64,000 bases of DNA from Octopus sinensis (GCF_006345805.1 NC_043021.1:14322001-14386000); one strand, 5' to 3'; numbered from the stretch's first letter, positions 39,561-54,208 are shown. The notes: generated from the sequence alone by a model not told the origin. Made by a program: numbers and translations.

Positions 39561-40636
39561 TGTGTGTGTAGATTTGTTAGGAATTCTTCAAAACATCATC
39601 CTCAAACCATTTTCTCACTTTCAACACCTTGATACTACATAAACCAATTATTCAACGACTCTTGCTATTAGCTTTTATTTTACTTTTTCCAATATCCCCC
39701 TGTTCAATAACTCCCCCTTGATCTATATATCCATAGAATTCCTCTTTCATTAACCTTCCTAAATCCTATATCCGTATTTTATTTTAGCATCCATTTAACA
39801 AAAAGCACACATCGCATCTAGTTAAGCACAGCGTCTTTCTGGAAATTCTTCCATTTCACTGTCTCACGCACGCACATACACACACACACACACACACAAA
39901 CGAACACATGTCTCTACAACGTGACTAATGACGGCTGGTAAACAAACTTCGAAATCACTGTCAGCAATTTCCTGGCAAACATGAAGGTGTGTGCGCGTAT
40001 ACACACACAAACACAACCTCGTGAGACGTTACAAAAGTATAATTACTAGGGGGGGGGAGTGTTTATATATAATTAACCAACATTAAATGACGAAGTATAT
40101 TTTAATAGCTGAGCCTCGACTTGGTAAACATTGCTAAATAATGTTATATTTTTTTGATGTTTTACATGGATTGCGGTCATGCTGGAGCACCTACAGTCTT
40201 GAAGTACCGAGTCGAACAAATTGAACCCCAGTATCTAATTTTTAAGCCTTGTACCACTTGGCCTATCGGTAAACGAACCGACACCGGTTGTCAAGCAGTG
40301 GTGGGGGACAAACACAAATATACCTGCAAGAAATAGCAGCCAAAACTGACAAATCATACCCAGCCGTCTTAGTAAAGGGCAGTACATGTGCTTCTTGCTT
40401 CTATGAACATACGAATAGATAAAAAAAAAAAACGCGTATAACCAGGGATGGAATGCCTTTGGTTATAGGTTGCTCAATCATGGTTCATCTTGGGGTAAAA
40501 AATAAAAAAAACACTCTGCAAAAGGAGTATTCCATTTTGGAAAGACCGGAGACAATATACAGCGCTAACACGCTATCTTAAAGATATCATTTAAGATTTG
40601 AGTGTGTTGGCAACGCACGTGTGCATATATATATAT

Positions 40637-40704
<68 letters not shown>

Positions 40705-42527
40705 TCAGATACTGTTATGTCTTCTGCTTGATGTTACATAGCTAGTCTCCATCCAAAAGGAGTGCGAAAAAGTGGCTTCCACCTCCAAAAAGATAATCAA
40801 AATTTATCAATGAAATTAAGAGAATCGTAATGAATAATTATGGTAACACTAAGAGAAACAGAAGCTTTCAGTCAGAGTGAGCAAGTTTGTGTTTATGTTG
40901 TTATGCATGCCTCTGTGTTCACATTTGGCAACAATATGCTTCAGAGGAAAGCAACAACAAATGATTTCATTGGTTGAAAAGCTTAAGATAAATCCGGTTT
41001 TGTTGAAAATACCACTGATATATATCACTATCTAAGTTTTGTTTCTGCACGTGCTGTACAATAAGGATAAAAATACAAATGGACTGTGAAAAGTTGAGTG
41101 TGTGTGTGTAATTGAAAACCAAGAGGCGAATGGAGATTTATATACATCCAAAACTTTTTTTACTGAAAAGTTTTCCACGGCATAACAATGACCAACATGT
41201 GTTTCTACTGCAGCAACTGCACATTGTTCTGTATGCAATTATGCATATATATATATATATATATATATATAAATCCAAATTAAGAGAACGGAGCAGGACT
41301 CCTTAACAACAATGTAACCTTCAGGTATCTAAGGTATCTTCGGCCCGATGAGTAGCTAGCGGAGTTACCCCTGGTTGAGGAATTATTACTTCTTAGGGTT
41401 TCCTAGCTAGGAAACATACGTGGCCTGGATTTTACCTGCTCCAATCCCTCAATTTTGATTTTTATTTGCATTCATAGCAACTCTGGTTGTTAACCATGAA
41501 CTATAAAATAACTCTTTTTTCAGTTTACTAAACTTCGATATGGGAAAAAAACCTATCAGCTTCAGCATCAAACTATTGTTCCTGAAAGTTTTTTTTTTAT
41601 ACTACTGCAGACTCCTTGAAGATTACTAACTTCCCACACCTAGATCCTTGGATCTTAGAATTTATAAATATGTATGAAGACAGAACACCAAAGTGAGAGA
41701 GAGAGAGAGATAGAGAGAAAGAAGGATGAGCAAGACAGGAGAAGCCATAATGTAAAGGCTTTTGCTGTGCTTTCATATATTCACTCTTCTTTCACTGGTT
41801 CACCCTGGTTATCTGTCACATCATTCACCTTCTTGAATATTTCTCTCAAATAGATTGAGACAGGAGAGAATACTCTTTGGTCTTGCTGGAGACAAAGCAG
41901 CCTCTTCTGTGCTGGTGCCATGGATAAAGAAGCTCAGAGTATTAAGTGGTCTCTGACAAGCTATTAAATGAACCATCTTTTGCTGGATTCATTGTTTTAA
42001 ATATATAAAACACACACACACGTAATTTGAACTTACATATTCAGTGACACTTCAAATCACAGTAGATAAAATTATTAATATCAGAACTTACAACTGCATT
42101 GTGAACACTAATTTTTAACCATTTTATAAATAAATGTGTGTGTGAGGCTATGTGGTTAAAAAGCTTGCTTCACAACATGGTTTTAATTTCAATTCCGCTG
42201 TATGGCAACTTGGGTGTGTGTAGTTGAAAACCTTGGGTTAATCAACACCTTGTTAGTAAAATTTCATAAATGGAAACTGTACTGAAGCCTGTCATGTGTG
42301 TGTGTGTGTGCACGCACGCACATGTATCATTACACCAACACTTAGGTAGTTGCAATTTTTGTTGCTCATAGAAAATTGTCTGGCATCTTGTCATGCAAAG
42401 ACACAGAATAAACTACCTTCCCTGAGGACAAGTGTTAGTGTCAGGAAGGGTACCCAGTTATTGAATACTGCCTCAAGAAGTATCTTCATACCAGTAGAGA
42501 CAAAATGGATCTATGCTGACACAAACG

Positions 42528-42581
<54 letters not shown>

Positions 42582-45500
42582 ATAATGCACTGTTCAGTGA
42601 TAGAAAAATCAACAAAAACAGTTTTCCACCTTTCCAGCCCCCTTTATAATTTAAGGTCTAAGGAGGATAACTTTTACCTTTTTTTTTTTACTTTTTATAA
42701 TTTAGGTTTTTACATTTCTGTTCTTTAACCGTCTGTGTTTTCAATATGCTGCCTTCTCAATTTCTTCAAATTTCTTCTCTTAATTCAATTTTTCTAGTCC
42801 GTTATGACATGTGGTTTGTGCCTGATGGATATGTTGGAGATATTTCTCAACATATGAAACTATTAGCATATATTTAAAGACATGTATCGTGTCCTTTTAA
42901 ATAAATAATATACATATCTTATTTAATGTTCCTTTTCTCTCCACACTAGTATGAATTGGACAATTTGATAGGAACCAGCAAGCCAGAGGGCTGTGCAGAG
43001 CACCAATGTCTGCTTTGGCATGGTTTCTATCACTGGATACCCTTCTCAACACCAACCACCTTATAGCATGTACTTTTTCTTTTATTAATCACGCTAATTT
43101 TTCACAGCTCATTCTTGACATCCATCATGCTATTACCACCAACCATTTCTAGGACCCTTTATCACTTGCTCTTTCTCTAGCAACTATGTGGTTGCCGTTA
43201 GCGTCTCTCTCCCATTACCCTCTTGTTTCTTTTATTACACTCTTCCATTGCTCCAAGCATCATCTGTCTATCGCTTCTGGCACTTTCCTATTTCCCCTTG
43301 ATTTTCTACAGTCACCCCAATTAATATCTCATCATACTCATACTCTTACTAATCCCCCTAGTTTATCTTCTGCAACCACCACTTCTACTAATTCTGTAAG
43401 TCAATGTTAATTTGAACAACTTGGCAGTGTTGTCAGTGAGAACTTATTTTGTCTTGTGAGGTACAAAGCAACTTCACCGGTGCAGGTGCCACAATAAAAG
43501 TACTCCCTAGATACCTGGCTGACAATTGAGCAAACAACATAACTCTAGTACCAAGTGCCAAACAAAAAAGTGGTCAGTGTTAGGAAAGGCACCCAGCCAT
43601 AGAAACCATATCAAAATAAAACATGAGGAAACAGTCCAACAACCCATCTAGAATAATGGTAAGTGAATAAGAACCGATTTGAATCATTAGAACTCCAACC
43701 CATGGCATCATGAAAAGTGAATATTTAGTGTGTGTGTGTGTAGAGCACACCAGACCAGAGGAACCTTAGGAGATACAACAATACCAAAATTATGTTATAT
43801 AATCGTCGTTTTTATATTCCCTGCTGGCATAGGGCGAATGAGACTTCTTGAAGTATTCTACAACCAGATGCCTTTTCTGCTGTCAATCCTTAGCGTTTTC
43901 AAGTTAAGGTACTTTATTCAACTTATCTTTATACGATAAACCACAACACAAATTGGTACTACAATTAGTATACATTGGCTTTCATACAATTTCTAACCGG
44001 ATTACTTTTCAAGACATTGAGGAAAGTTGCCTCAAAGCTCCACAATCCTAAGCTATGCAGTTGTAAAGTTTATTTTTTAATCACATAACCATGCCTACAT
44101 CATATTACATATGTGTGTAAGAGAGAGAGAGAGAATCTCAAGGTACAACCCACTGTGGGCAAATGTCATTTCCTGTGACTTTGGCCTCGTAAGTGAACAG
44201 AAATTAAAAGGTTGTTAGGTGTATTCTACTAGTAACTCCAAGATATACTGTTGTCCCACTAATTTTTCCTGACAATTATGTTAAGGGCATATATATGTCT
44301 TGAATACACAGCCACCTAAGTTAATTCAGATTTAAATGAACAATTGTACCTCAACTTTCAAATGATGGAGAACTATCACCACACACATTTTATATATGTG
44401 TGTGTATATATAAGGTGAACTAGCAGAGCTTTTAACATGCTGGACAAAAGGCATAGCAGTATTTCATTTGTGTTTATATTCTGAGCTCAGATTCCACTGA
44501 GGTCAACTTTGCCTTCCATCCTTTCGGGATCACTAAAATAAACACTAGTCAAGTACTGGGGGTCAATGTAATTTACTTTGCCCCCTTCACTAAAAAAACA
44601 AAACTGCTGGGTCTGTGCCAGAATTTCAAACCATGAGATTATGTGTTTTGCATGTGTGTATGTGTGTGAACTGGTGATTTCGAAATTTAAAAGAAAGACT
44701 AGTTTTGCAAATGACATCATCGGAAGAAACAAATATCTTCTTTCTGATGTATGTTATTGAAACTTCACCTTACATTATGGCTCGCTTAATTATTATATTA
44801 TTATTATTAATAATTTTTTTAAAATTTTTTAAAAAGAGGCAGAAGTCACTTGTTGCAGGGCCATGCCGCAGGATTGATCTTGGGACTGTCGTAACACAGT
44901 GAGAGCATTCACTTTACCATTGAACTATCATCAACATCACTAGCTTGTGCTCTCAGCCATTCTCTCCTTCGGTGTGTCTTAGTAATTAAAATATTGGCAA
45001 TGAGCCACCAATATTCGAAGTGGTCGATTCTTATAAAGTAAATTGTCAATTCCACTGTATCAAAAGAGTACTCCTAGTACAGTGATGCATATTTCTGTAC
45101 ATACGTGAGTGTGTGTATATGTATATGTGTGTGTGTGCACACAAACAGTTATACAAACGTTTGTGTAGATGTTTGTATGCATACACTCATGTGCATGAAT
45201 GTATGTACGCACACATATTTCCACATTTTATATAATTGAAATCTAAGAATTTAATCAAACTAAAATCACAGACATGCTACATATTTCTTTTATTTTTTTG
45301 CCAATTATGAGGAAATTAGTTGAGTAGGCATCTCCCTTTAATCACTGTAGAACAGGTTTAAAAGAAGGCCACTTCGCTCTATTGCAAATAAGATTCAATA
45401 ATCTTTTCATTTTTTTTAATTTTATTAATTTTCTTCAAAAATTTTAATACAACAGACAGCCTAAAATTAAAGTACATTTCTCAACAGGATTTGATTGCTT

Positions 45501-45889
45501 TCAGAAATGGGAAAAAAAAAAAAAAATTTCAGCTGAGATACAAGTACCACATGCAACTAAGTCCTTAGTTCTTGATCATGGAAAACATCAAAAAGCATGT
45601 TTTCGTGAGACAAATGAAGCTAGAACTACATAGAAGATGCTCCAATGAGACAAATTTCTGATTCTGGAAGATTCCACTACAATGAAAAGCAGTTTAAGAA
45701 AGGGACAATATTGTGCAACGCAACAGCAACTTTTGCCAATAGCCCCCGGCAGTTGCTTTGAAGGGCAAAGCTTCTCAATCAGCATCTTATGATAATAGCA
45801 TATACCATTTATTCTCAGTCTTCTCTCCTGATGAGGAAAAACTGTCATTATTAGCATTGCTTTCTCTGCTGTCCATCAAGGAGTTTATT

Positions 45890-46270
45890 TTTACCTGACA
45901 GGTATGCAGACATTTCTTGTCTATCAATACGCTGGCGTCTCATCTCCAGCGCAGACTGGCATATACATGTTTCACCGTCAGCGAGGATTTCTTTTCCCTA
46001 AGAAGGCATCACCTCCATTGCTATAGTTAGGTACACGTCTGTATCAGATTTCATAACGAATCTCTCTTTTGCAACTCTGCATGCCGTTTTGGGACCCACC
46101 TTGCGCAAAACTGTTCTAAAGCCAAGTCTATCTGATGGATGATTTAACGGGCAGAAACATTAACTAAATAACATTTGCCACTTCAATAGCCACCCACCTA
46201 TTCAACAGAACCATCACACAGACGGCGTTTGTCATCAGCATGAACATAGCCAAACTTCTGGTTTCCTCAT
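45890..46270 (-). mobile_element. Decayed mariner transposase fragment
   Basis: Minus strand 46107-46087 reads CARWVPK (WVPHEL-like motif), followed by a degenerate RILADGETC similar to RIVTGDETW. Contains stops and frameshifts. Confidence 0.65.
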
Positions 46271-46729
46271 AATATACAACATTTACACAAATATCAAAAC
46301 TGCCAAACCCAAGCAGTAAAACACTACACTGCTCCCTACAAGTACCGAAGGCCTAAAATGGGCAGAAGTTTATGTTATACCTTCAGTGAACAGAAAATAA
46401 CTCACTAATCACTGTCCTTCTTTAGAGCAAACAAAATGGAGATGTTCCGTTTAATGTAACAACAAATTAACTGACATCTCAAGCTCACAGCTGCATCATA
46501 ATCGTTCGAGATACAATTTCAAATGCAAAACAAACAAATCTCCCATCAAAAGCCAATTTTCTTTCCATGAAAATAGCACATTATGAATAAAGCTTCACCA
46601 TAAATATACACACACGTGTACGCATGAGCATATGCACACAAATCACACCTATATAGGCATCAATATATATATACATATCAATATATTTTTTTATAAATAT
46701 ACACCTGTGTATGTGTCTATAAGTTTGTA

Positions 46730-47135
46730 TATATATGCATGTACATACATATGCATGCATGTACATGTATGCATGCATGTACATGTATGTATATATATAT
46801 GCATGCATGTACATATATATATATATGCATGTACATATATATATATGTACATGTATGTATATATATATGCATGCATGTACATATATATATATGTACATGT
46901 ATGTATATATATATGCATGCATGTACATATATATATGTACATGTATGTATGTATGTATGCATGTATGTATGCATGTATGTACATGTATATATGCATGTAT
47001 GTATGCATGTATGTACATGTATATATATGCATGCATGTACATATATATATGTACATGTATGTATATATGCATGCATGTACATATATATGCATGCATGTAC
47101 ATATATGTACATGTATGTATGTATATATATATGCA
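46730..47135. repeat. Alternating purine-pyrimidine minisatellite (atgcatgcatgtacatatatat-type)
   Basis: Repeated ATGCAT, GTAC and (AT)n blocks. Source of the spurious M/Y/I/H/C ORFs in all six frames. Confidence 0.95.
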
Positions 47136-47202
47136 CATTTATATTCTTTTAGTCTTTCACTTGTGTCTGTCCTTTGACTGCAGCCATGCTGGAATACTGC
47201 CT

Positions 47203-47248
<46 letters not shown>

Positions 47249-48270
47249 ACACACACACACATGTATTCACATATATAACTCCATATGTGTATATATGTAT
47301 TCTAAGTGTGTATAGGTTAGTGTGTATGTGTGTGAATCTATATATATATATATATAACGTATGGATATATGTATATATACATGCATTTGTATATACATGT
47401 ATACAAACTACCTGCATATACATAGACACACTATTCACAAAGTGTACTATAATGCTACATTAAAAACTGCAACGGTCACATGTATGGGTGTGTGAAAGAG
47501 ATTTCAAGCAAACAAAATGTAATCAGAAGTGTATGACCCTAATCAAATGAAACCAGCGATATGAAGTTAACTGGGTGCCACATCAAGCTAGTTTAGGGGG
47601 TCTGTAACGCATCATAAAGATGCCCTAAATGAGAAATTTAATTATGATTTTGTCTAAGATATATTTTGTAGATCGAATCATCTACATGAAGGACCAAGAT
47701 CTGTTTGCAGTAAGAAGGGCTGGTTCATATAAGTGAAGACAGAGGTTTTCACTTTTTTTCTCCCAACCTTGATAATTCACCTGCTTGCAGAAAGACACAC
47801 AGAGACAATTATGTCGAATGTTAACTCTGCAAGACGAAGTAAACTAGGTGTCGAAATTTCAAATAGGTAGACCCTTACACTGCAGATCCTAATTTCGTTT
47901 TTAAACAAAAAAACTTGCCCTAAAATAAAACTTATGTTTATGTGGATTCACTAAAATATAACATTGTTCCTTAAGCAACCTCATGATGTACTTGTTAAAT
48001 ACTGTCTTGATATAAACACCATTATATATACATACATACATACATACGTACATGTGTGGTTGTGCATAATTATTGAGGTTTTTTTTTCAACAAAAACAAT
48101 AGCAATATTTAACACCTTTAAATGACGGTCTGACCGTCTGTCAAGCAAATGGAAAGCATTAATTGAAGTAGATGGTGAATATGCTCCGGAATAATCATTT
48201 ATAGATGTTTTTGTTACATGTTATTGTTGAATAAAATTTGGGGGAAAAAAAGCCGCAATAACTAGGCACC

Positions 48271-48314
<44 letters not shown>

Positions 48315-48569
48315 ACCCAAGCTAGCATGGAAAACGGATGTTAAACGATGATGATATACACACACACGCACACACCACGTATGTGCGTGTATGTGTAGTG
48401 TGACTACATTCACAAACTTTATTCGTGCCATAGTTTTGTAACATCCATGTAAATCGTAGAAAGGTTTCTCACCTGTTTAAGAATATTGATTAAATGACAA
48501 GCGTTAACACAGCAATGCCTATAATATATATTTGTGATAATCGAATTCAGTCAAGGGAATAAATAACCA

Positions 48570-49205
48570 TTCTTTCTGATATCGGCACAAGGCCTGAAAT
48601 TTGGTGAAGGGGTCAAGTCGATTACATCGACCCCAGTGTTCAACTGGTACGTATTTTATCGCCTGTGAAAGGATGAAAAGCAAACCCAACCAAGGCGGAA
48701 TTTGAACTCAGAACGTAAAGACGGACGAAATACTAAGCATTCTGCGCGGCGTGCTAACGATTAAGCCAATTCGCAGCCTCAATAATAATAATAATGCTTT
48801 CTACTATGGACACAAGGGCTGAAATCTTGGGGGAGGGAATAAGTCGATTATATCGATCCCAGTACTCAACTGGTATTTATTTTATCGACCCCGAAAGGAT
48901 GAAAGGCAAAGAAGACCTCGGCAGAATTTGAATTCAGATCGTAAAGACGGACGAAATGTCGCTAAGCATTTTGCCCGGCGTGCTAACGATTCTGCCAGCT
49001 CGCCGCCTAATGAATAATTTCTGATTAAAGTACAAAACCAGAGGGTCGGTCGATACCATCGATCCCCCAGCGCTTGATTGGTACTTTATCAAGCCTGAAA
49101 GGAAGAAAAGGTAAAGTCGACCTCCGCGGAATTTTAACTAGAATGTAATGAGCCGAATGAAATACGACGAAGCATTTTGTCCGATGCTCTGAAGATTCTG
49201 CAAAG
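48570..49205 (-). mobile_element. Three head-to-tail SINE family B copies
   Basis: Repeated gcacaagg.ctgaaat ... cgacccc ... gaatttgaactcagaacgtaaagacggacgaaat units, separated by (aat)n or AT-rich spacers. Confidence 0.85.
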
Positions 49206-50241
49206 AAATTAAGCGCAAGTTTATTAATTAACATCCGACAAAAATTATGTACATCTACTTCATTTATTATTTAATCTGATGATTCGTTGATTAAAAGTAT
49301 AGCATCTCAAAAGGATTCCGAGTTTTGGATCAACTTTAAACAGCAACTCTTGTACAACATTAATAGGTAAAGCTTTTAGCGCCGAGCCCCTACGCAGGAA
49401 GCTGCTTTTCATACGGAGGGCAAACCGACCAGGGGTTAACCTAGGGGAGTCATATTAACATATCCTCAGCAGGGCTATATTTAGCAGTATTGCAGACCCC
49501 ACTCCCTACCCCGAGCAAATCAATACACTTGGCCCTATTAGTATTTGGGAGTAAGTCACAACATACAGACAAGAATTGGGCCCCTAGACTCGTGAGACTC
49601 TAGAGCAACTTGCCCAGTATGCCCAAGCCTGCTCCTCAGTGAAACGTGGTTCACATTTGAGTATCGAACCCGGTCAGCGGGCTTCTGACAGCTTCTACTA
49701 ATATTTTAACTACTGGGTGACTGTCCGCAAGTACACTTAGTCACAAATACGAATGCACCTTAAGTATCCATTGCATAAATATAGACACATTATTAGGTCA
49801 TATTACAATAAAATAGAGATCGTTGGATAAAATTTTCAGCAACACAATCACCTGCAGTACCGCCTCCACTCCCCAAAGATTTTTAATTGAGTCACGACAA
49901 TATATTTCCCAAATCAGTAAAAAAAAAAAACAACCTTAAGCCACCCTAAATATTTCACATACTCTGTGTGTGTGATATGTAGATCAAATTTAAAGACAAA
50001 AAAAAAATCGATTTAATGTGTGGGGACGACCTCATTATGATTTAGCGTTTAATTAAGTCAAAAATTCCAACTAAAAATTAAGACTACGTACTCCAGAGTA
50101 AGTACCAAACCAACAGAGGGGTTGGGAATACTCTACAGGGACGTTTGACTTACTAGAAAAAGCAACCAAATCTCCTTGAAATAATCTGATACATTATACA
50201 CACACGCACATAGCTAGGCAGGAGACATTGGAATAAGCGTT

Positions 50242-50337
50242 TCTGATACAGGCAAGGTGGCCACAGTTGGAAATCCTTTGGTCACAAGTCTGATACAGGC
50301 AAGGTGGCCACAGTTGGAAATCCTTTGGTCACAAGTC
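50242..50337. repeat. Exact 47-bp tandem duplication
   Basis: tctgatacaggcaaggtggccacagttggaaatcctttggtcacaag at 50242 and 50289. Confidence 0.95.
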
Positions 50338-51454
50338 CTTTCGACAAGGACTGGTCGGCTTGGGGCTCCTAAACAACACATTCTTGATTCAAGAATGTGC
50401 GGCAAGCTCTTACGTGGCCGCTCTGTAAGAAACAGCAGTCAAATCTCCCTCAATTTCGCATCCTTTTTTTTTTTTTCCAAGACAAAACACTGAACAGTTT
50501 TTGGAGACAGACAATCTTGTTTTGTCTTAAATCGTAATGATTTTTTTCCCCCGATATGAGACAAATTAAATTCGATAAAATTAAGATATATATATATATA
50601 TAAAAAAACAGGTTTTTATTCTTAAACTGTCTATCGTTTCAATATGATAAAATATGTTGAAACACTCAACACAACGAGAGTGAGGGAAGAAATAACGTGA
50701 AATTACATCAGATTTCTATCAGATGGCCCGATCTGATGCTGCGGTATGGCTTTAGAATTCGATGCCATAGCAGAGACATAAAATCGAAATTGGTAGAAAA
50801 ATACATGAGAGGAAGTAGGGTGGGGGTAGAAGCAGAGAGATGAGGAGGAGGCTGAGAATAAAGGTGGGGGGGGGGCAGAGAGAGAGGTCCTCGACAGAGA
50901 AAAAGATTTCATCCGATTCTGATGATAAAATGCTTTTAGCATGATGTTTGGTAAAGAAACAACACCTCAAAACATCTGTGCACATTTTATAATATATATA
51001 CACACACACATACATACAGAGGGGAGACAGACGACTAGTCACAGAGACTGCCTCCGTACCAGAGGGAGATCTCTCTTCTCTCCTCGTGTGTGTGTGTGTG
51101 TGTGTATTCTCCGTCACTACGAAATCTAGCTAAATATGAGAGAGAGAGAGAGTGAGAGAGACAGAGACCTAATTATAACAGCCAGAGACCTAATTGTATA
51201 GACAAGAGAAAGAGAGACCGAACTATAAAGATATGAAGGGAAAGATAGAGAGAAGGAAGAACAAAGATATATATATATATACCTAATCACAGGTACACGA
51301 AGAAACAAAAAAGAAAGTGTGATCTAACCATAAAGACATACCTTACCATAAAAATACGGAGAGATTTGAATGATAAAGACCAACTAGAGAGAGAGATGTT
51401 AACATTAAAATCATTAGAGAGAGAGTAATGTAAATTATGACAGTCTTGCAGTTA

Positions 51455-51492
<38 letters not shown>

Positions 51493-52484
51493 CATTTATA
51501 TATACCTTATAATAAAAAATGAAACAACCCACCCCGTCGTTTTGTATGTACTAAAAAAAAAGTGTGCGTCGCCACCTTTAGACGAAGATCGAAACCGGAT
51601 TAAATTATCTGAGCTCGATGAAAGGCAAGACAGGAATGCAAGAGTAATCAAAATTGAGAGAATGAATATTTTATACACACTAAACACAAGAGAGAGAAAG
51701 AGACTCGAGTCTGGTTAATAGAAATACCAACAATAAAATATCAAAGACACTATTTTTACTTTCAAGTTGCTAATTAAGAATGTCGACTGTACAAGCATGT
51801 GGATTAATTACACACGCACACATGTGTGTATATAATACTTTATATATCATATATATACACGCACACATATGTATATATATGTGATTTTAGTCAACATTTA
51901 CATTATAAACGAAGCATTAAGCACCACACACAAAATTAAATTAGTCAACGTTTTAAACAGCCATCCACACACCATACAAATATGTGTATATTCTATGTAT
52001 ATATATACGTATATATATACGTGGCGATCGCTGGCGGCGAGACCGGGATAACAATTTCTATTGTTCATTGCTGATAATTTATATAGTAACGAATCCTCCC
52101 CTCATCACGCAAAGACGTCACCGCCTGGGCGAATGTCTATGTATGTATATACACACACATATATATATATATTATATACTTGTTTTATATATATTTGTTA
52201 TATGTACACGCACATATAGATACTAAAAGAGGTTGTTGACTTGATAGTAGACGAGAGGGGGGGTAATGAAAAATGACAAGCCATTAAATAATACATATAT
52301 ATATATATATACACACGTGATCATATATACTACACATACATGTGGTACGTATACACAGACAATACGTGTATGTATAATTCCTTACATTATACGCACGTTC
52401 GTGTGCGTGTGTGTGTAAAATTCAAGCTCTTTCGATCTATCTATATATTATATATATATATAGATACGTGTGTGTATGTGTCTA

Positions 52485-52524
<40 letters not shown>

Positions 52525-52947
52525 GCATATATACACACACATGCTTAGTGAATGACGATGCAGTTTTTTTTCCCCCATAATGTTCAAACAGTTCCTTTAG
52601 GAAAGAGACAACTAAAATGTGCCACCCCCTTTCTGTTTCCTTTCAACCTTGATAAATCGTTCAGTAACCTTTGTTGGGGATTGGGGGTGGAGGTGGAGAG
52701 AAGATTCTTCCCATCACAAAAAATATTTCATAGACATAGGGACATACCATAAAGACTAAATATGGTTTTACTATTTTATTCTAGTTGTTTCAACAACCGG
52801 ATGGCAATTATTTTTCTAGTGTTCCCACCTCACATTCGAACTCAAGTCCCTCATAGCCTAAACTTCAACTCAGACGAAGCCTTTCCCTTACAGTTGATCT
52901 TTTTTTTTCTGTTAGTAAACGATAAAAACTCAGCACTTATATATATG

Positions 52948-52980
<33 letters not shown>

Positions 52981-53098
52981 CTCAATATGTAGAATATAAG
53001 GATTCCATTATAGATCAATGTCCAGACATACCAATACATGTGATTAATCCACAATGGCTATCGACAGGCCTAGAAGAAACACCATTATTTTTTGCATA

Positions 53099-53134
<36 letters not shown>

Positions 53135-53554
53135 CATACATATACACACGCTACAGATATGTAACAATCATTACACACACACATATATATATACATCTAT
53201 ATATATAATATATATGTATATATATATATATGTACGTATGTATGTATATATATAGAGAGAGTACTTTGGAAAAAGCTGTGTAATATATATAATCATAATT
53301 GCTATACACGTAGGTCTAATAATATACATTTCCTGGGGGAAAATATGTATTTTGTATTAAACATACATAGACACACACACACGCGCGTATAGACCATTCC
53401 AGACAAGAAAGCAATTCGTAGAACATCATGGAAGAAAGAATTAATAATAATAATAATAATAATAAATCAATAATTTAAAGTTCAGTTATAAGAGAAAAAA
53501 AAAAGAAACAGAATCTTTAAAAAGAATCGACAAAAATATTTTACACAACTATTA

Positions 53555-53950
53555 ATATACATTTATATACATACATATATATGTGGATATATATATGTGT
53601 ATACATTTATATACATACATATATATATGTGTGTGTATATATATATATGTGTGTATACATTTATATACATACATATATATATATATGTGGATATATATGT
53701 GTGTATACATTTATATACATACATATATATATATATGTGGATATATATGTGTGTATACATTTATATACATACATATATATATATGTGTGTATATATATAT
53801 GTGTATACATTTATATACATACATATATATATATGTGTATATATATATGTGTATACATTTATATACATACATATATATATATGTGTGTATATATATATAT
53901 GTGTGTGTATACATTTATATACATACATATATGTGTATATATATATGTCT
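53555..53950. repeat. Minisatellite, 8 copies of a ~44-56-bp unit with core atacatttatatacatacatatat
   Basis: Core at about 53557, 53601, 53655, 53705, 53755, 53805, 53853 and 53909. Confidence 0.92.
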
Positions 53951-54090
53951 GTATATATATATATATATATTATATATATATATATATGTGTGTGTGTGGG
54001 TTATACATTCATCTGTGATAGATGTATATATATATATATATAGAGAGAGAGAGATAGAACATGCGTGTGTTGGATTATTCTTGTACTTAC

Positions 54091-54208
54091 CATTCGGCCC
54101 ATATTTCTCTAAGTTTTTCTTAATTTGATCATCAGTAAGACCAACATTACTATCAACTCCAAAGAAACCGCAAGCTTCGTCTGCGGTCTTGGCGTGTGCA
54201 AGATCCAT
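54091..54208 (-). CDS. SERCA: SERCA coding exon 1 (118 nt; MDLAHAKTADEACGFFGVDSNVGLTDDQIKKNLEKYGPN, phase-1 end)
   Basis: ATG at 54208 (GAAAATGG); the ORF-track start two codons earlier is a TTG. The translation aligns without gaps to the vertebrate SERCA N-terminus (MEAAHAKT...NLEKYGLN). Donor G|GTAAGT at 54090. Size matches the 118-nt coding exon 1 of vertebrate ATP2A genes as I recall it. Confidence 0.96.

Noticed and set aside
46581-47463. Multiple 130-240-aa ORFs in several frames
   Set aside because: RY microsatellite artefacts.
53563-54128. Tyr/Ile-rich ORFs next to exon 1
   Set aside because: Minisatellite artefacts; only 54091-54208 on the minus strand is coding.
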